From NCBI RefSeq assembly GCF_009914755.1, contig NC_060943.1: a stretch of DNA of 64,000 nucleotides; one strand, written 5' to 3'. The DNA comes from the human T2T-CHM13v2.0 reference genome, Homo sapiens. Below the pieces are notes generated by a model, which saw only the letters and a program-made list of their open reading frames with translations, was not told the origin of the DNA and made no database searches. A program made the translations under genes and the position numbers. Below are positions 33,091-47,007 of the stretch, piece after piece; the first letter of the stretch is position 1, and every line of letters starts with the position of its first letter.

Positions 33091-36000
33091 GGTGCTCAGG
33101 CACTCACCGCCACCATTGACCGAGTGCCTCCTGCACACCAGACTTGGGCTGGGGTCTGGCTGTGACTGCGGTCCCTGCTGTCAGAGCAGGGCATGGAGGG
33201 CAGGCGACGTTAAAAACATAATCACCCATAAAAGCCTGTTGCTCCCCAGAGTGGTGAGGTATCTAAGGGATGCCCCGGGGTGCTCTTAGTAGAAAGCGGG
33301 GGGTCTGCCCTGGTCGGGAGTGGGAAGGCTCCTAGATGTGGTGTCTGTACCAGGCTCACAGGAGCCTGGAGTGCTCCTGGCAGGCACAGCACCTGGAACA
33401 AGCCCAGTGCCTTCGGGGAGCTGCGAGGGGGGCCTCTGGCTGGAGCGGGTCAGGGCAGGCGAGGAACAGGGATCCAATTGTGGTCAAGAGGGTGGGGGGT
33501 GAGGCTGGGACGGTTTCTAAAGGGGCTGGGGCCCTGAGTTTTTCCGGGCAGCAGGAGCCAATGTGACAGGGCTCCATCCCTCTGCTATCCCCACCTAGCC
33601 ACCCCCTTGCTGCCACCATGGGCCTATCCTCTCCGGGATCCCTTCAGACCATCCCTGCCCAGACCCAGCCCTGGGTTACCCTCCCCGCCACCCTCCAGGT
33701 GGGAGACCAGGCCTGTACACCCTCCAGGGCACACGTCTGCTCCCCACTCTCCCCCCAGGGCCTCGCAGGGGAGCCTGCCCAGCCTCACCTGCCCACAGGC
33801 GGGAAGCACAGGGGACTGTCCCCCCATCACACCATCCCTGCACTGGGGTTGCCTCTTGCTTACAGCCCCCATCCAAATCCTACCCTCTATGGAGGCCCAA
33901 CAGAACCACCCTCCTCCAGGCAGCCTTCCTGGATTGTGCTGCCTTCAGGGCAGGGCCAGGAAAGCCAAGACTCTAGGGAGGGAGAAGGGGCCTGTCGCCA
34001 GTGGTGTGGTCCCCAACCTGCCCAAGGCCATCAGATCCACCTCCCTCCCTCCCTCCCTCTCTGTCATTTTTAGGGACTGGGCTTGCCACACTAATGATGT
34101 CTGGGGGCTGCTGGTTCATGTCCCCAGTTTAGTGAGGAAAACAGACCCTGACCCAGGCCTGGGGGTCCAAGCGAGGGGCCAGCAAGGGCAGGGTAGAGCG
34201 TGGTGTCCCCACAGACCCGGGGTCCCTCCGGAGTTCAGCAGGCTGTGGAGTCGCTGGCCAGCCAGCCATGAATCCCTGCACAGTGCCTGTGCAAGTCACC
34301 CACTTGCCTGCCCTGTCACGATGCTCCATGAGGCCGGGTCCGCTTTTTCTGGGAGTTATCACTGTCCAGCTTGGTGGTTTACTCGTCCTAGGTCTGTCTC
34401 CTCCAACCAGACCTTAAGCTGCTGGGAGCAGCAGGAGCAGGGATGTCCTCCTGGAAGGACATGGGCACAACGGACAATCTCATCTGGAGAGAGGGGACTT
34501 GCAGTGGCACCTGCATGGAAATCAAAAGAGCACCAGCTGTGTGCTGCAGAGGAGGGGGTCCCTCCAACCTGCTCCACTTCCCACCCCCCATCCTGTCTGT
34601 CCAGCTTGGCACTGTCTTGCAGCACCTAGAGACGCACCGGCCCAGGATCAGCCACCAAGCACAGAGTAGCACTCACTGAAGATCCAGGCACTTTTTGGGG
34701 CACACATCAAGCCACCCCAGGTGGGGGTCTTCCTACTTCACCCGCAAGGGTAAGGCCTGCCCTGCTGAGGGTAGTCACCCTTCCCCAGTCCCCCGGGAGC
34801 TGGCTAGGAAAGCAGGGTTTCCCTTTAAGGGTGATGCCTGCAGCAGCCACTGTGGCCTGCCTGGCCCAGCCCCCACCCCGTGGCACCTGCCCACGCGGCA
34901 CCTGCCCAGGGCGGCCCACTGTGCTCCCGGCAGCCCTCCTGACGTCAACGGCAGCCGTGGGGACGCTGCCTCCTCTGCCACACGTTGCTCACAAAGTGTA
35001 GGCAAAAGGCAGGCGTCCAATTGCTGCGGATGAGGAAGAGAAATAATTTCGTTTCTAAATCAGGACTCAGTACCGGTGGCCAGGCCCCGGAAGGGGCATC
35101 TGTCGGCTGCACGGCAGCCACTCCTGCAATGGAGGAGATGGTCCAGTTCTCCATGGGGACTTGGGGGGCTCCCCAGCTCTGGCCCTGGGTGCCGAAAGCC
35201 CTGAGAACAAGCCATCTGAAAATTAGGATTCTGCGTCGCCTGTCAATCCCCAGAAGCCCACAGCCTTTCATTAAGATCCGCCTGACATTTCTGTTATGCT
35301 CAGAAATCCCGAAGACATGCCAAGTGCCTGCTATTTGCCATCACATCCGCCTGGGAAGCCACGGGGCCGCCAAGTCCATTGTGCTGAAGTGCCCCCCAGG
35401 AGGGGGGATGGCAGGACACGCAGGCCCTGGCAGGGGCAGAGGGCGGCCTGCCCCAGGGGCAGCTGACAGAGAGCCCAACCTGGGGGGCCCTGGGCCTTGG
35501 GTTCATGCCCTCCAGGGGGCCGTGGGCAGCTTCTCCTCACTCACATTCCACGAGGGCGTCTGTGTCCACAGAAGCTCCTGCAAAACCAATCAGGAGCTGT
35601 GACATCCCTCAAGCTTGCATGGAACCCTTCTGTGTGCCAGTGCTGTGTGTGCCCCGGGGCACCAAGGCCTGGTTTTTGGACTCTGGGGCCTCACGTCTAG
35701 GAAGGGAGGTGGATGTGGAACAGGAAATGGGTGAGAGAAAAGTCCAGGTGTGGGGGGAGGAGGCAGGCAGGCTCTGTTGGATCAGGGGCTTTGTGGATAT
35801 TGACCATTGACCCGGGTGTCTCAGAGGGAGGACCTGTCATTTGGCCAGCATGCCAGGAGTAAATGTGCCTGAAAGGTCACAGAGATCATAGAATGTGTGC
35901 TATGGAAATGCAGCCTCTCCAGGAAGGTTGGGGCAAGCCTCGGGAAGGGAGGGAAGGACCACATTGTAGAGTTAGGTGATGTGGTCACATCTTAGCTCTG

Positions 36001-36249
36001 CAACCAGGTACCACGGGGCAGTGTAGGACAAACCACGCCTCTGTAGCGAAGTGCATGGCCGTCCCCAGAAAAGCATGGGGTAGCAGGAGGTATGTGGAGG
36101 GAGGAGGGCCATGCAGAGGCTGAGGAGGCCAGTCCAGCATTGCTATGGGACTGGCTGTAACACTTTGGATTGAAAAAACCTGTGGTCATTCAGGAATGCC
36201 CATAGGACATGAGTGAGACTGGCCCTGAGGCCTGTATGGTTCCAGGAGT

Positions 36250-36620
36250 CTGACTGCAAGTGACATAAACCCAGGTTTCTGCCTCCACCAAAAAGCAGAA
36301 TGTATTGGTTCATGTACCATGTTGCCTTCAGGCATGGCTGGATCCAGGCTCCTAAAGAGTGCAATTAAGGTTCTGCTTTTCTTGAACAGTCTTAGCTCTG
36401 CCTTCCTCTGTGTTGGCTTTATTCTCACCAGCAACTACCAGCAGCAGCTCCTATCATCTTAGCAACCCAAGGACAATTGCTCCTATAAAAGTCACAGGTA
36501 AGGCTTTGTTGGCTGGGCTCCGGGCATGTGCCTTTCTCTGAGCCAATCACTGGCCAGGGCGATGTGGTGCTCTGATTGGTTAATCCTGGGTCATGTAACC
36601 ATCCCACAGAGAGTGAGCTG
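36250..36620. mobile_element. MLT1-like (ERVL-MaLR) LTR fragment
   Basis: 'tgcaagtgacataaaccca', 'ttcaggcatggctggatccagg' and 'agccaatcactggccaggg..ctctgattgg' resemble old MLT1J/K LTRs. Confidence 0.6.
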
Positions 36621-38199
36621 TTGCCTGAAGAAGAGGCATGATGTGGGACTGGGGGATGGGGAGGGAGGCAGAGACAATAGAAGTCACTGTGGCTTCCCCA
36701 AAGCAGGTCACACATTCATCGTGCCCTTGAGCTTCCACACTTGTCCTAGAAACCTTGCTCCTTCTAGGGTCTTCTAGCCTCATGCAGCCAATCCCAGTGA
36801 AGCCATAAGCATCACATACCCTGTCCCCAAGCCAGGCTGAGCCTGGGGAATCTGGATGAAAGGGCAGGTGGAGCCCGAGCATCAGCTCCTCACCCCGGTG
36901 CAGGAGCTGGTGAGCCCAGGACAAGGAAGAAACTGAGGTGAGGCTATGCAGCCATGCTGGCTAATGCCTGCAGTGATCAGGATAGGCTTCCTGGTGGAGG
37001 TGGAAGCTGGAGACAGAACATGAGAGGTGGACAGAATATGGCAGACAGTCCCATTTTCAACCTTCCCCAGGAGAGTCTCTTGCACAACCTGGAAAGTGAT
37101 TGGGCTCAGACCTTCACCTGGAACCCAGGTGCAGCCATGGGGCTGAGGTGAGACAGTGAGAAGCAAGTGCAGAGGCCCTGGAGCTTGGAGTGGGGTCCCG
37201 GCCAGCTGTCCCTCCAAGGGCGATTGTGGGTGCTGCTCACAGGGCTCTGTGTACCCATGGGGTGGTGGGCCCTGCATGGCGCCCTCAGAGCTCACTCCAC
37301 AGGACCAGCCATGAGGCCATACTTTGCCTTGCCCACCTGCTGTTTGGAGAAGCTCGTGGTACTGCCTTGGGGCGACCAAACCCCCACTTCCTGTGACACA
37401 GCAGCTGAGGGACCTCAGGTGGCTTAAACAGTCAGGCTTGATGAGACTGAGTAACTACCTCCTGCCAGGCCCTGGGAGAAGAGAGACCTTCTAGGAAACC
37501 TCCCCCAACCCTGGCCACCTTCCATCTCCCTTACCACCCCGGCCACCTGGGAGCTTCCAGTCATGTGCATGAGATCAGGAGCTGTGTGAAGCAAAGGGGG
37601 ATGGGAATCACACCTGGTCTAGCCTTGCAGGGTGTGGGGCCTGGAGCTGGGGAAGGGAGAAAGGTCTCTGGAGACTATGCCTTGTCACCACAACCCCTGC
37701 ACTCTGCCAGAGAGTCTATTCCTGGAAATGAAATTTCAAATCTGCACTCTTAGGCTTCCCATTTCTCGAGCACCCCTGGCTCAAGGCACAGGGATCCCAT
37801 GGAGCAGTGGTTCCTGCCCCTGGCCTCACCTTTGGCAAGGAGAGAAGATGGCAACAAGCCCACCACCATCTGAGAGCATGCAGAGCTCCGGGTAGGGAGA
37901 GGCCCAGGAAGCTTTCTGAGAAGGGACACACATACAGTATTAGTGATCCCAGTGTGTGGGAGGGTGGGGAACAGGTTACGAAAGTGTGTTGTGGGCAGTG
38001 GCAACAGACTCAGTCAGGCTGGGCAGAGGGATCCTGGAGGGCAGTCAGGGGAAGGCAAGACACAGAGGCAGGGCTTGACTGGGAAGGCCTGGCATGCCAG
38101 ACGAAGCTACCAACTTCATTCCGTAGCTCGCACAGCAGGAGAATGAAAAGATAAAGCAAGTCTCCAGAAAAGGAATCTGGCCAAGCTCACTGACCCCTG

Positions 38200-39460
38200 C
38201 CATCCATTCACTTATCTATCTCTCCATTAACCCATTGATCTACGTATCTATCCATCCATCCATCCATCCATCCATCCATCCATCCATCCATCCATCTATC
38301 CATCCATCCCTCCATTCACCCATCCACTTACCTGTCCATCCTTCCACCCATCTATGCACCCACCCTATGCATCCATGCACCCATCTATCTATCCATTCAT
38401 CCATCCATCCCTCCATCCATCCCTCCATTCACCCACCCATCTACCTATTCATCCATCCACCCACCCATCCATCTACCTATCCATCCATCCATCCACCCAT
38501 CTATCCCTCCATTCACCCATCCATCTACCCATCCATCCATCCATCCATCCATCCATCTATCCATCCCTCCATTCACCCATCCATCTACGTATCCGTCTAT
38601 CCACCCACCCATCCATCTACCTGTCCATCCTTCCACCCACTCATCTATCCCTCCATTCACCTATCCATCTACCTATTCATCCATCCATCCACCCATCTAT
38701 ATATCCATTCATCTATCCATCCACCCATCTATCCATCCATTCATCCATCTATCCACCCATCTGTCCATCCATCCATCCATCCATCCCTCCATTCACCCAC
38801 CCATCTACCTATTCATCCATCCACCCACCCATCCATCTACCTATCCATCCATCCATCCATCCATCCACCCATCTATCCCTCCATTCACCCATCCATCTAC
38901 CTATCCATCTATTCACCCATTTAACTATTTATTCATTCACCCATCTATCCACCCATCCTTTCATCTCTGCATCTCTTCCTCCATCCATCATCCATCTATC
39001 CATCTCATCCTTTCTCTATTCTCTCCCTCACCTCTCTCCCTTTATTCACCTATCTATTAATCCATCTACCCATCCCTCCCTCTCTCCATCCATCCATCCA
39101 CTCATCTATTACTCCATCCATTTATCTATCCACCCATTTTTCCATCTATCCATTCATCCATCTACCCATCTATCTATCCATTAATCCCCCATCCATTTAT
39201 CACCCATCCACACATTCATCCATCCACTCACACACCCATTCATCCATCTACCTACCCATCTATCCTTTCATCTCTGCTTCCATCTGTCCATCCATCCATC
39301 CATCCATCCATCCATCCATCCATCCATTTGTCCATTCATCCATCCACCCATCCATTAATCTATTTATCCATCCCTTCATTCCTGCTTCCCTTCCTCCATT
39401 TATCCATCCACCCTTCCACCACTGATCTACCCATTCATTCCTCAATCCATCCACCCATCC
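38200..39460. repeat. (TCCA)n/(ATCC)n degenerate simple repeat, ~1.25 kb
   Basis: Directly visible. It accounts for the IHPS-repeat pseudo-ORFs. Confidence 0.97.
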
Positions 39461-40129
39461 CAAGAGTTCGCTCACTGGCATGTGACCTTTTGAAGGTCTT
39501 AGTCAATGGGGTCTGGGGCCTGAGGACAGCAGACTTTGGCCTCTGAGCATGGTTTTCACTTTTGTTACCACCCTCCAGCCAGGAGACTGGGCACGTGGAA
39601 AGCCAAGGACTGTGCTGTGTGGCAGACAAACCTCTCCCCTCACCAGCTGCCAGGCAAGGGTGGCACTCATACCTCAGCTGGATGATGCAAGAGGAAAAGC
39701 TGGAAACAGGACCCTAATCCTGACCAGGCTGGGTGGGCAGGGTAGGGGGCCTGTGTTCCCTGTCAGTTCACCCTGACCACAGAAGACGACATATTCTCAT
39801 GGCTGTGCCCAAATGGAGTGAGTGTCCTGAGACAGGACAGTTGGAGGACAGAGGATCACTTCTCCCCTCCCTCCCTTTGAGAGTTATTAGACAACTCCCC
39901 TGTGCCAGACCCTGGTAATACAGTGGTAGGCAAATAAGACTGGCCCTGTCCCTGGGAGCTTGTAGCTCAGAGAGGGAGATAAACAGCAGTCAATAATCAC
40001 CCACCTTTAGTTCTGCCCTGCACCAGGCCTGCTCATGGGCAGACACTCAGGGAAGGAATGAAGGAAGGAATGATGCCTGCCCAGCAGGATCAGTGGCATG
40101 TGGCAGCCTCTCCATGTGTTATCCACTCT

Positions 40130-40260
40130 GTGTATTATGGGTTGAATTACGTCCTCTTCAAACTCATAAGCTGAAGTCCCAAAGCCCGGTACCTCAGATG
40201 TGACCTCACTTGGAAATAGGATCATGCAGATGTAATTAGTTAAGGTGAAGTCATTCTAGC
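40130..40260 (+). mobile_element. MLT1 LTR 5' fragment
   Basis: 'tgtattatgggttgaattacgtcc..gctgaagtcc..gtacctcagatgtgacctcacttggaaataggatc..gatgtaattagttaag'. Confidence 0.75.
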
Positions 40261-40289
40261 GACAGGTGGCATCCGAGACACATGCACTT

Positions 40290-40550
40290 CATCTTTGAGG
40301 GCAGGGGCAGGCCTAGCACCCCACCTTTAAGGACAGGGAACAGGCTCAGCACCCCACCTTTGAGGACAGGGAATGGACCCAGCATCCCAACTTTGAGGGC
40401 AGGGATGGGCCCAGCACCCCAACTTTCAGGGTAGGAGGTGGACCACCTTATCTTTGAGGGCAGGGGATGTGCCCCACCTTTGAGGGCAGGGATGGGCCCA
40501 GCACCCTATCTTTGAGGGCAGGGCTAGGCCCAGCACCCCAATTTTGAGGC
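40290..40550. repeat. Degenerate minisatellite, ~25-33-bp unit 'ctttgagggcagggatgggcccagcacccca'
   Basis: About 8 imperfect copies are visible. Confidence 0.85.
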
Positions 40551-41829
40551 CAGCACAGGGCGCCTCCTCAGCTAAGGGGCCCTCGCCGGCCCCCTCCTCC
40601 CAGCTTGGCCTCAGAGCTGCAGGAAAAGCCTGCCCGGGCCTTGTTTATTTTTGGAGAGTTTTAACTGGTTGGGCGAGGAAGTGAGCCTTGTTAAAAGGGA
40701 TTTAACTGTGGGTCACCGCGAGTTTGAGGGGCTTAGGAGGAAAGAAAGAAAGGGCTTTTCCCTTCATCTTCTCCGGAGCAGGGGCCCCTTCCTCACAAAG
40801 GCCCGGCCGGAGCGGGGACCTCAGTGCCAGCCCAGCTGGAGGGAGCGTTAATGGGGAGAGCTTAAGTCACTTTGGGAACAGGAAAGGTTTCTCAGCGGCA
40901 GGAAAGAAAGGCCTCCCAGAGCCAGAGGACCGAGGGGCTGGACGGGAGGATCTCCTGGGGGCTTCTTTCACTGGCCCCTCGAGGGAGGGCTTGCCCTCTG
41001 CTCTCTGAAACCTGGAGACAGCTCGGGGCTCTACAGCACACTCAAGATCCACCCACCACCCCAAATGAACCCCAGGAACGCGGCCTCAAGGCCCAGGGGG
41101 CTGCAGACACACCACTGGGTCTTTGCTCCCAGGGAGCCCTGTCCAGGGGACGGGAAAATGACCCACAGCCCGGCCTGGGACCTGCTGTTCAGGGTCCTGG
41201 AGATGCCGCACCACACCCCTGCCCCTGCCACTCCCTCTGTGACTGAGGATGGGTCCGTTTCTCTGGCTGAACCTCCTCTGTGTGGGGTCCTGGGGTGCTG
41301 CCACTCCTCACCGAGGGAGGAGAGGCGTCTTCCGCGTGCCCCGAGGTCCACCTTCTTGGTCATTGTCGGCGGCCCTGTTGGTAGCTTCTCCATCGCGCCG
41401 CACAAGCGGCTGAGTCCCAAGATGACCTTTTACCAGAGCGGGTAGAGTTCACAGAATCGGATCCCATCCTGGCCTAGCAGAGCGTTTTATTATTATGGGA
41501 AACAGCAGAAGTGGGTTGGAGGGGGGTCCATCATCTCCTGCAACCAGATAAAATAGAAACAACTAAATAAAGCACCCTTGCCGCTCAAGGGAAAAATTAT
41601 GCTTGTCAATTATGATTTATGAGCGATTGCCAAGCGGGGAATGGGGCCTGCCCGCCTTGGAGGCCACTCTCTGCCTCCCCCCAGCTTGGTGGGTGAGGCT
41701 GGGGGTGGCGAGGCTGTGCTGGGAGAAGGTGGGTCCTCCTGCAGCTCTGACTGTTAACCCCTTGTTGCCTGCAAGGTCAGTGCCCGGCTGCTAGAGGGGA
41801 GGGAGGGGATCTCGTGCCCCCGATCTGGC

Positions 41830-42070
41830 ACCGGGGTGGGCAGGGCATATGGACGGCAGCCATTGGCGAGGTGCCCACACCAGGCCCTGGCTTCGGGCCC
41901 AGCATGAGCCTGGGCCGGCGGTGGGTAAGCTCTCTATCCCTCTCTGCCCTATAAAAATCCCTGGCAGAGCCTCCAGTCCATGCCCGCACCGCCTCCGCGT
42001 CCTCCCGGGCTCCCCGTGGAGGGGCACCAATTTGTCCTCGCCTGCGCCTGCTCGGGCCAGATGGTGGGTA
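41830..42070 (+). promoter_or_regulatory. Promoter-like module (CACCC box, CCAAT box, TATA box, CpG-rich)
   Basis: GGGGTGGGC 41833-41841, ATTGG 41862-41866, TATAAAA 41950-41956, and a CA dinucleotide ~30 nt downstream (41979-41980). Confidence 0.35.
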
Positions 42071-42420
42071 TTTCCAGGCCACAAAGTCCTCTGACCTTTG
42101 AACAGTTGCCGCCGAATTTCAATAATGAAAGGGCCTTTTTTGAATATGTACAAATGAGACGTTATATTTCCATACATTTTATTTCCAGCCTCATCTGCGA
42201 ATCTAATATTGACCCGGAGTTATCTGTGATGGGGAAGTTATTAATTCTGACAGATATAAGGGAGAAGCTAATATTCGCCTTTTACAAACACCTAATATTA
42301 ATCTCAGGCGCTGTAAACGAGTCCCGCACGCCGGCATGGGGGAGATGACACCAGCTCGGAATTTGATAATGAAAAACGGGGAAGTTTAATTTCAGGGAAT
42401 GGATAAAAATGTTTGCCCGC
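42070..42420. promoter_or_regulatory. Candidate conserved non-coding element / enhancer
   Basis: AT-rich island in GC-rich flanks with many retained CpGs, plus TGACCTTTGAA (TCF/LEF or nuclear-receptor-like) and TAAT motifs. Confidence 0.55.
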
Positions 42421-42952
42421 TGAGAGGTGAGCAGCGCCAAAAGCTCTGGGAGGGCGGGATTCCCGGAGGACAGGGTGGAGGTCTGGGAGGTGACCTCCAT
42501 CCGAAGGTCTGCGATTTGGGGCATGGGCCCAGGTGCCGGAGAGGGAACTGAGGTTGGAGCCCTCCATCCCTGCGGCCCTCACTGTTCGCACCTTTAGGAG
42601 CTGCCTCTGGACAGGTCTCTGCCCATTGTTTTGTTCAGAGCTCAGCCAAGGACTTCTTACACTTTTTGTTTGTTTGTTTGTTTAACATTCCATGGTCCTG
42701 TCTGCTCTTTTTTGCCTCCTCCGCCTCATTCGGCTTCTGGGTCAGGCATCTGTTGTAGGCTGCCGTACTGCCACAGGTTGAATCATGTCCCCCAAGCTTA
42801 GATATTGAAATCTTAATGCCCAGTGCCTCCGGTCGTGACCTCATTTGGAAATAGGATCATTGCAGAGGGAATTTGTTAAGATGAGGTCACCCTGGAGTAG
42901 GGTGGGCTCCTAACCGGGTAAGATGGTGTTCTTATAGAAAGGGGAAAGTTGA

Positions 42953-43537
<585 letters not shown>

Positions 43538-44895
43538 AGTTTTGTTGTTTAAACCTCCCAGTCTGTGGTACTTTGGTACACAAGCACCCAAGCAGGCCGA
43601 TACACCCACGTCTCCTTCATAGCGCTTGACACCACAGCAATTATGCACTGAGCTGAATGAGTTTTGTAAACTCCACGAGGGAAGGGACAATGTCTGCAGT
43701 TGCCTGTGCACTCTGCCATATCCCAGCACCAGGCACGGTGCCTGGTGTATCCTAGATGCCCAAAGAGTGGCTGCTGGATCCATGGCTGAGTACCTTGCTA
43801 TCTCCAGCCAGAAATACATCCGTAAGCACTCACTGGTGGATCCCTCTTGTATGCCCAGGACTGTGCCAAGGGCTGGCTGTGTATGTGGGGCACACCCAAA
43901 CAACCTGCCTCAGCACGTCTTGATGGAATATTATTTTTATTTCCTGCAGACCGTGGGTGCTAGGAGTTGGGTGAGATGGGGGCTTTGCCAGGGGTTGGGA
44001 AATTCAGAATGGAACCCTGAAGGTAGCCCTCACCTTGGCAAGAGGGGTGGTCGTGGAAGACCTGGGACAATGGAAAGCTGGGGTTGCTGCTGGGGGCAGG
44101 CAGGGCCTTGTGGCCCCTAGCAGCACTGACTGGCTGTCATCATCACAAAGGATCCTTACACTGTCTGGCTGAGCAGGGCATGGAGCCGCAGCTCCGGGGA
44201 CACCGCAGGGTATCACAAAGGATGGTTCCTGTCTCTCCCGAAACACAGGTGCACTTGGCGCTCCCTGCTGGAGGGGGCTTCATGGTGGAATAGACTTGGT
44301 GCCCTTAGATCACCAGCTGCCAGAACTGGGGAGGACTTCAGTGATCATGGAGTTCATCCCGCGGCCAAGTTGTCAAGTGAGGAAACAGAGGCCCAGAGAG
44401 GGGTAGCAACTTTTCCAAGGCCACACTGCAGCTCAGGTTCAGAGCATGGGGAGGACCCTGCCCCGGCCCTGGACTTAGGGGTCAGATGCTTTTCCAGGAA
44501 GCAGGGATTGAGGAAGCACTGGCATTGATAGGCAACTCAAGATTTTTCCTTTCTTTTCCCCTCATTTCCCCTCCATGAAAACCTGAGTCTTCAGCATTTG
44601 ATGGGACCCCAGGAGCTGGTGGCTCTTCTGCTTCCCCACGCTGCTCCTTCTCGCTTGCTCCTCTGTCTGGCCACCCTGGTCCTCACACTAACCCATATTC
44701 AAGCCCTCGCAGCCACACGCAGTGATCCTTGGGGTGCCCACACTCAACCAGGCCATATACAAAGTGCATCTTTGTGCTATGCTTGTGTGTCCACAGGGCC
44801 ACACACAGGACACACCCCACACACAGGCACCTCAGGCATAGCGTGAACACGCACAACCCCGCACACACACACACACACACACAGCCCCCCCCCTT

Positions 44896-45032
44896 CACCC
44901 CTCACCATTCCCACCCCAGGCAGTTCCCTGCCTCTCCTCAGCACAGTGGGAACAAGGGATGCTGACTCTAGATGAGCTCTAGGGAAGGGGTTCCCTAGGA
45001 ATAGACCACTGCAGACCAGCTTCTCAAAATCA
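44896..45032 (+). repeat. Dispersed direct repeat, copy 1 (~137 bp)
   Basis: About 92% identical (hand count) to 47008-47143. Confidence 0.92.
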
Positions 45033-45544
45033 TGACATGAGCCAGACCCACAAACCCACATTTCAAGCAGAGCCTGAGGACTAAGGCTTGGAGGCTGGGA
45101 AAACCAAGTGCTGTGGTCTCCTTCCTCCTCCAGTCTCTCCTGGTCACGTGGATGCCTGGCCTGTGGACACGCCATCCACTCCCATCCTTTCCCATCCCCT
45201 GCATGGCTCATGATCAAGGTGACGGGGGGAAGACAGCTGTCCCTCTGCAACTTCTGCAAACTGCAAGCCAGGCCTCCTCCACTCCTAGCCTCTGGCATTC
45301 CTGGAAAACTGGGCTCTCAGCAGGAACTTCCAACAGGTTCTACCCCAGAGAGCTGGCCCCGACTCCACCTGGATCCAAGCCCACCGGCTGGCTAATGGGC
45401 TGGGAGCAGGTCCTGCCCTGCCCCGGGAACGGTCACTGTGGTTCCATCTATCCCAGGGCGGTTTCCCCCCTGGAGCCCTTCTCCAGCAGGAGAGCACTGA
45501 ATGGCGAGCCACTGGCCCCTCGCCCGACCTTCGTGAGCCAAGGC

Positions 45545-46420
45545 TGAGTTTATTGTCAGAAAGATGACTAAGAAATCCCCGACACAGTGTATCATCAGCA
45601 TTATGATTGGAGAAACAACACCTACAAAATCTATGATTCATTAAGTGTAACCAATATATAATTTAAAACAGTGGGTTTTGTCAAATAATGTGAGGTCAGC
45701 ATAATTTTCTGCCTATTACTAATATCTATAACATCTTTGCCTTAGTCAGCTCTATTTAAATATGCAATCATTTACAGCTTTTGAGAATATTTCTGTGTAC
45801 TCCCAATTTCCAATATTCAACTACGACAAATTTTATGCTGACATCAATAGCAAACTATTAAAGACAGTATTTCATTATTGGTTTTTCATCCCAAAAGTTA
45901 TTTACAATTATATACTAAGCACTAATATTAAAGGAAACCATTTAAATGAGGTGCTATCTACTTTAACAATATGTCTGTCACAGAATGAGATTGTGTTTAA
46001 AGATTTTATCAAGAAATGGTTGTTTGCTGAGGTTATGTTTTGTCCATGAAATATGCATTTCATATCTCTTTCATTTCATTAACATAATTTAATTTGTGCT
46101 TTGCATTTTGTGCATAATACATATTTGATTTACAAAACAAATATTTCCATTAGAAAATGAATTTCATGCAGGCAAAAAAGCAGAACCAAATGATGTATTG
46201 AAGGAAAATAAGAAGAAATGAAATGCATTTTCTCAGTCTATTAAAAAATCTATGGCATTGACAGAAAGTGCACTTAGTGTTACGTTTAAAAAATAGCACA
46301 TATGTCAATGTATTAACAAATAGAATTGGAAATACAAATATTTCCCTATATCAAGCCAAGAATCTCTTTATTTTAATTGAGTTGATTTAAAAGCCCAACT
46401 ACAATTTAATTTTTATTTCA
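45545..46420. promoter_or_regulatory. Candidate conserved non-coding element / enhancer (very AT-rich island)
   Basis: Abrupt AT-rich, repeat-free block within GC-rich DNA. Contains ATGCA/ATGAAT POU-like, TAAT, ATTGT and ATCAAT motifs. Confidence 0.55.
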
Positions 46421-47007
46421 TGATGTGGTGCTGGGGCTGGTGCTGTTGGAACTGCGTGGGGTTGGCGGTTGATGGAAGAAGATAGTTGACCTTAAAAATG
46501 GCTTTTATTGACAATGGAGAGACATGGTTGAATAGGAAGGAAACGGGAAGCGGGGCCTTTGTGATCTGGGGGGCTGGGAGTGGTGAGCGGGGCTGGCGGG
46601 CTCCTGAGCCGCTCCTGGCTTGGCTGTTCCTCTGCCAACCCCTCCCCAGCCCCTCTCATCCCCACCTGGGGCTGCTGGGCTGTTTGGGGACCCAGGAAGT
46701 GAGGAACGTGAGTCTCCCTTAGCCCACGCCCGTGATGGGGGCTCTGGAGTTAGAGGAATGTAGGAGCTCAGGGCTCAGGATCCACTAGGACCTTGCTCCC
46801 CCTCCCAGCCCACAGGGGAGCCCCCTTCAGGCCAGGAGCGGGCTGTGTATGCTGGGGGCAAGTGCATCTCAACCTTATTTAAAGGGGATGTGTGGGGCTG
46901 ACAGTGGTTATGTCAACAATGGAAGAAGTGGCTGAGATGCCCAGGTCGGTCACTGACACAGGGCACCGGGCAGGACCCCCAACCCACTGGCCCAGGCCTG
47001 CCTCTCC

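Noticed and set aside
33607-34629. Longest ORF (340 aa, Pro/Ser/Gly-rich)
   Set aside because: Non-ATG start, no recognisable domain, and overlapping ORFs in several frames; expected by chance in GC-rich DNA.
38235-39184. 229-aa and 276-aa His/Pro/Ser/Ile repeat ORFs
   Set aside because: Translations of the (TCCA)n simple repeat.
45762-46049. 95-aa ATG ORF within the AT-rich island
   Set aside because: No recognisable homology or convincing splice context; more likely incidental within a non-coding element, though PhyloCSF would settle it.
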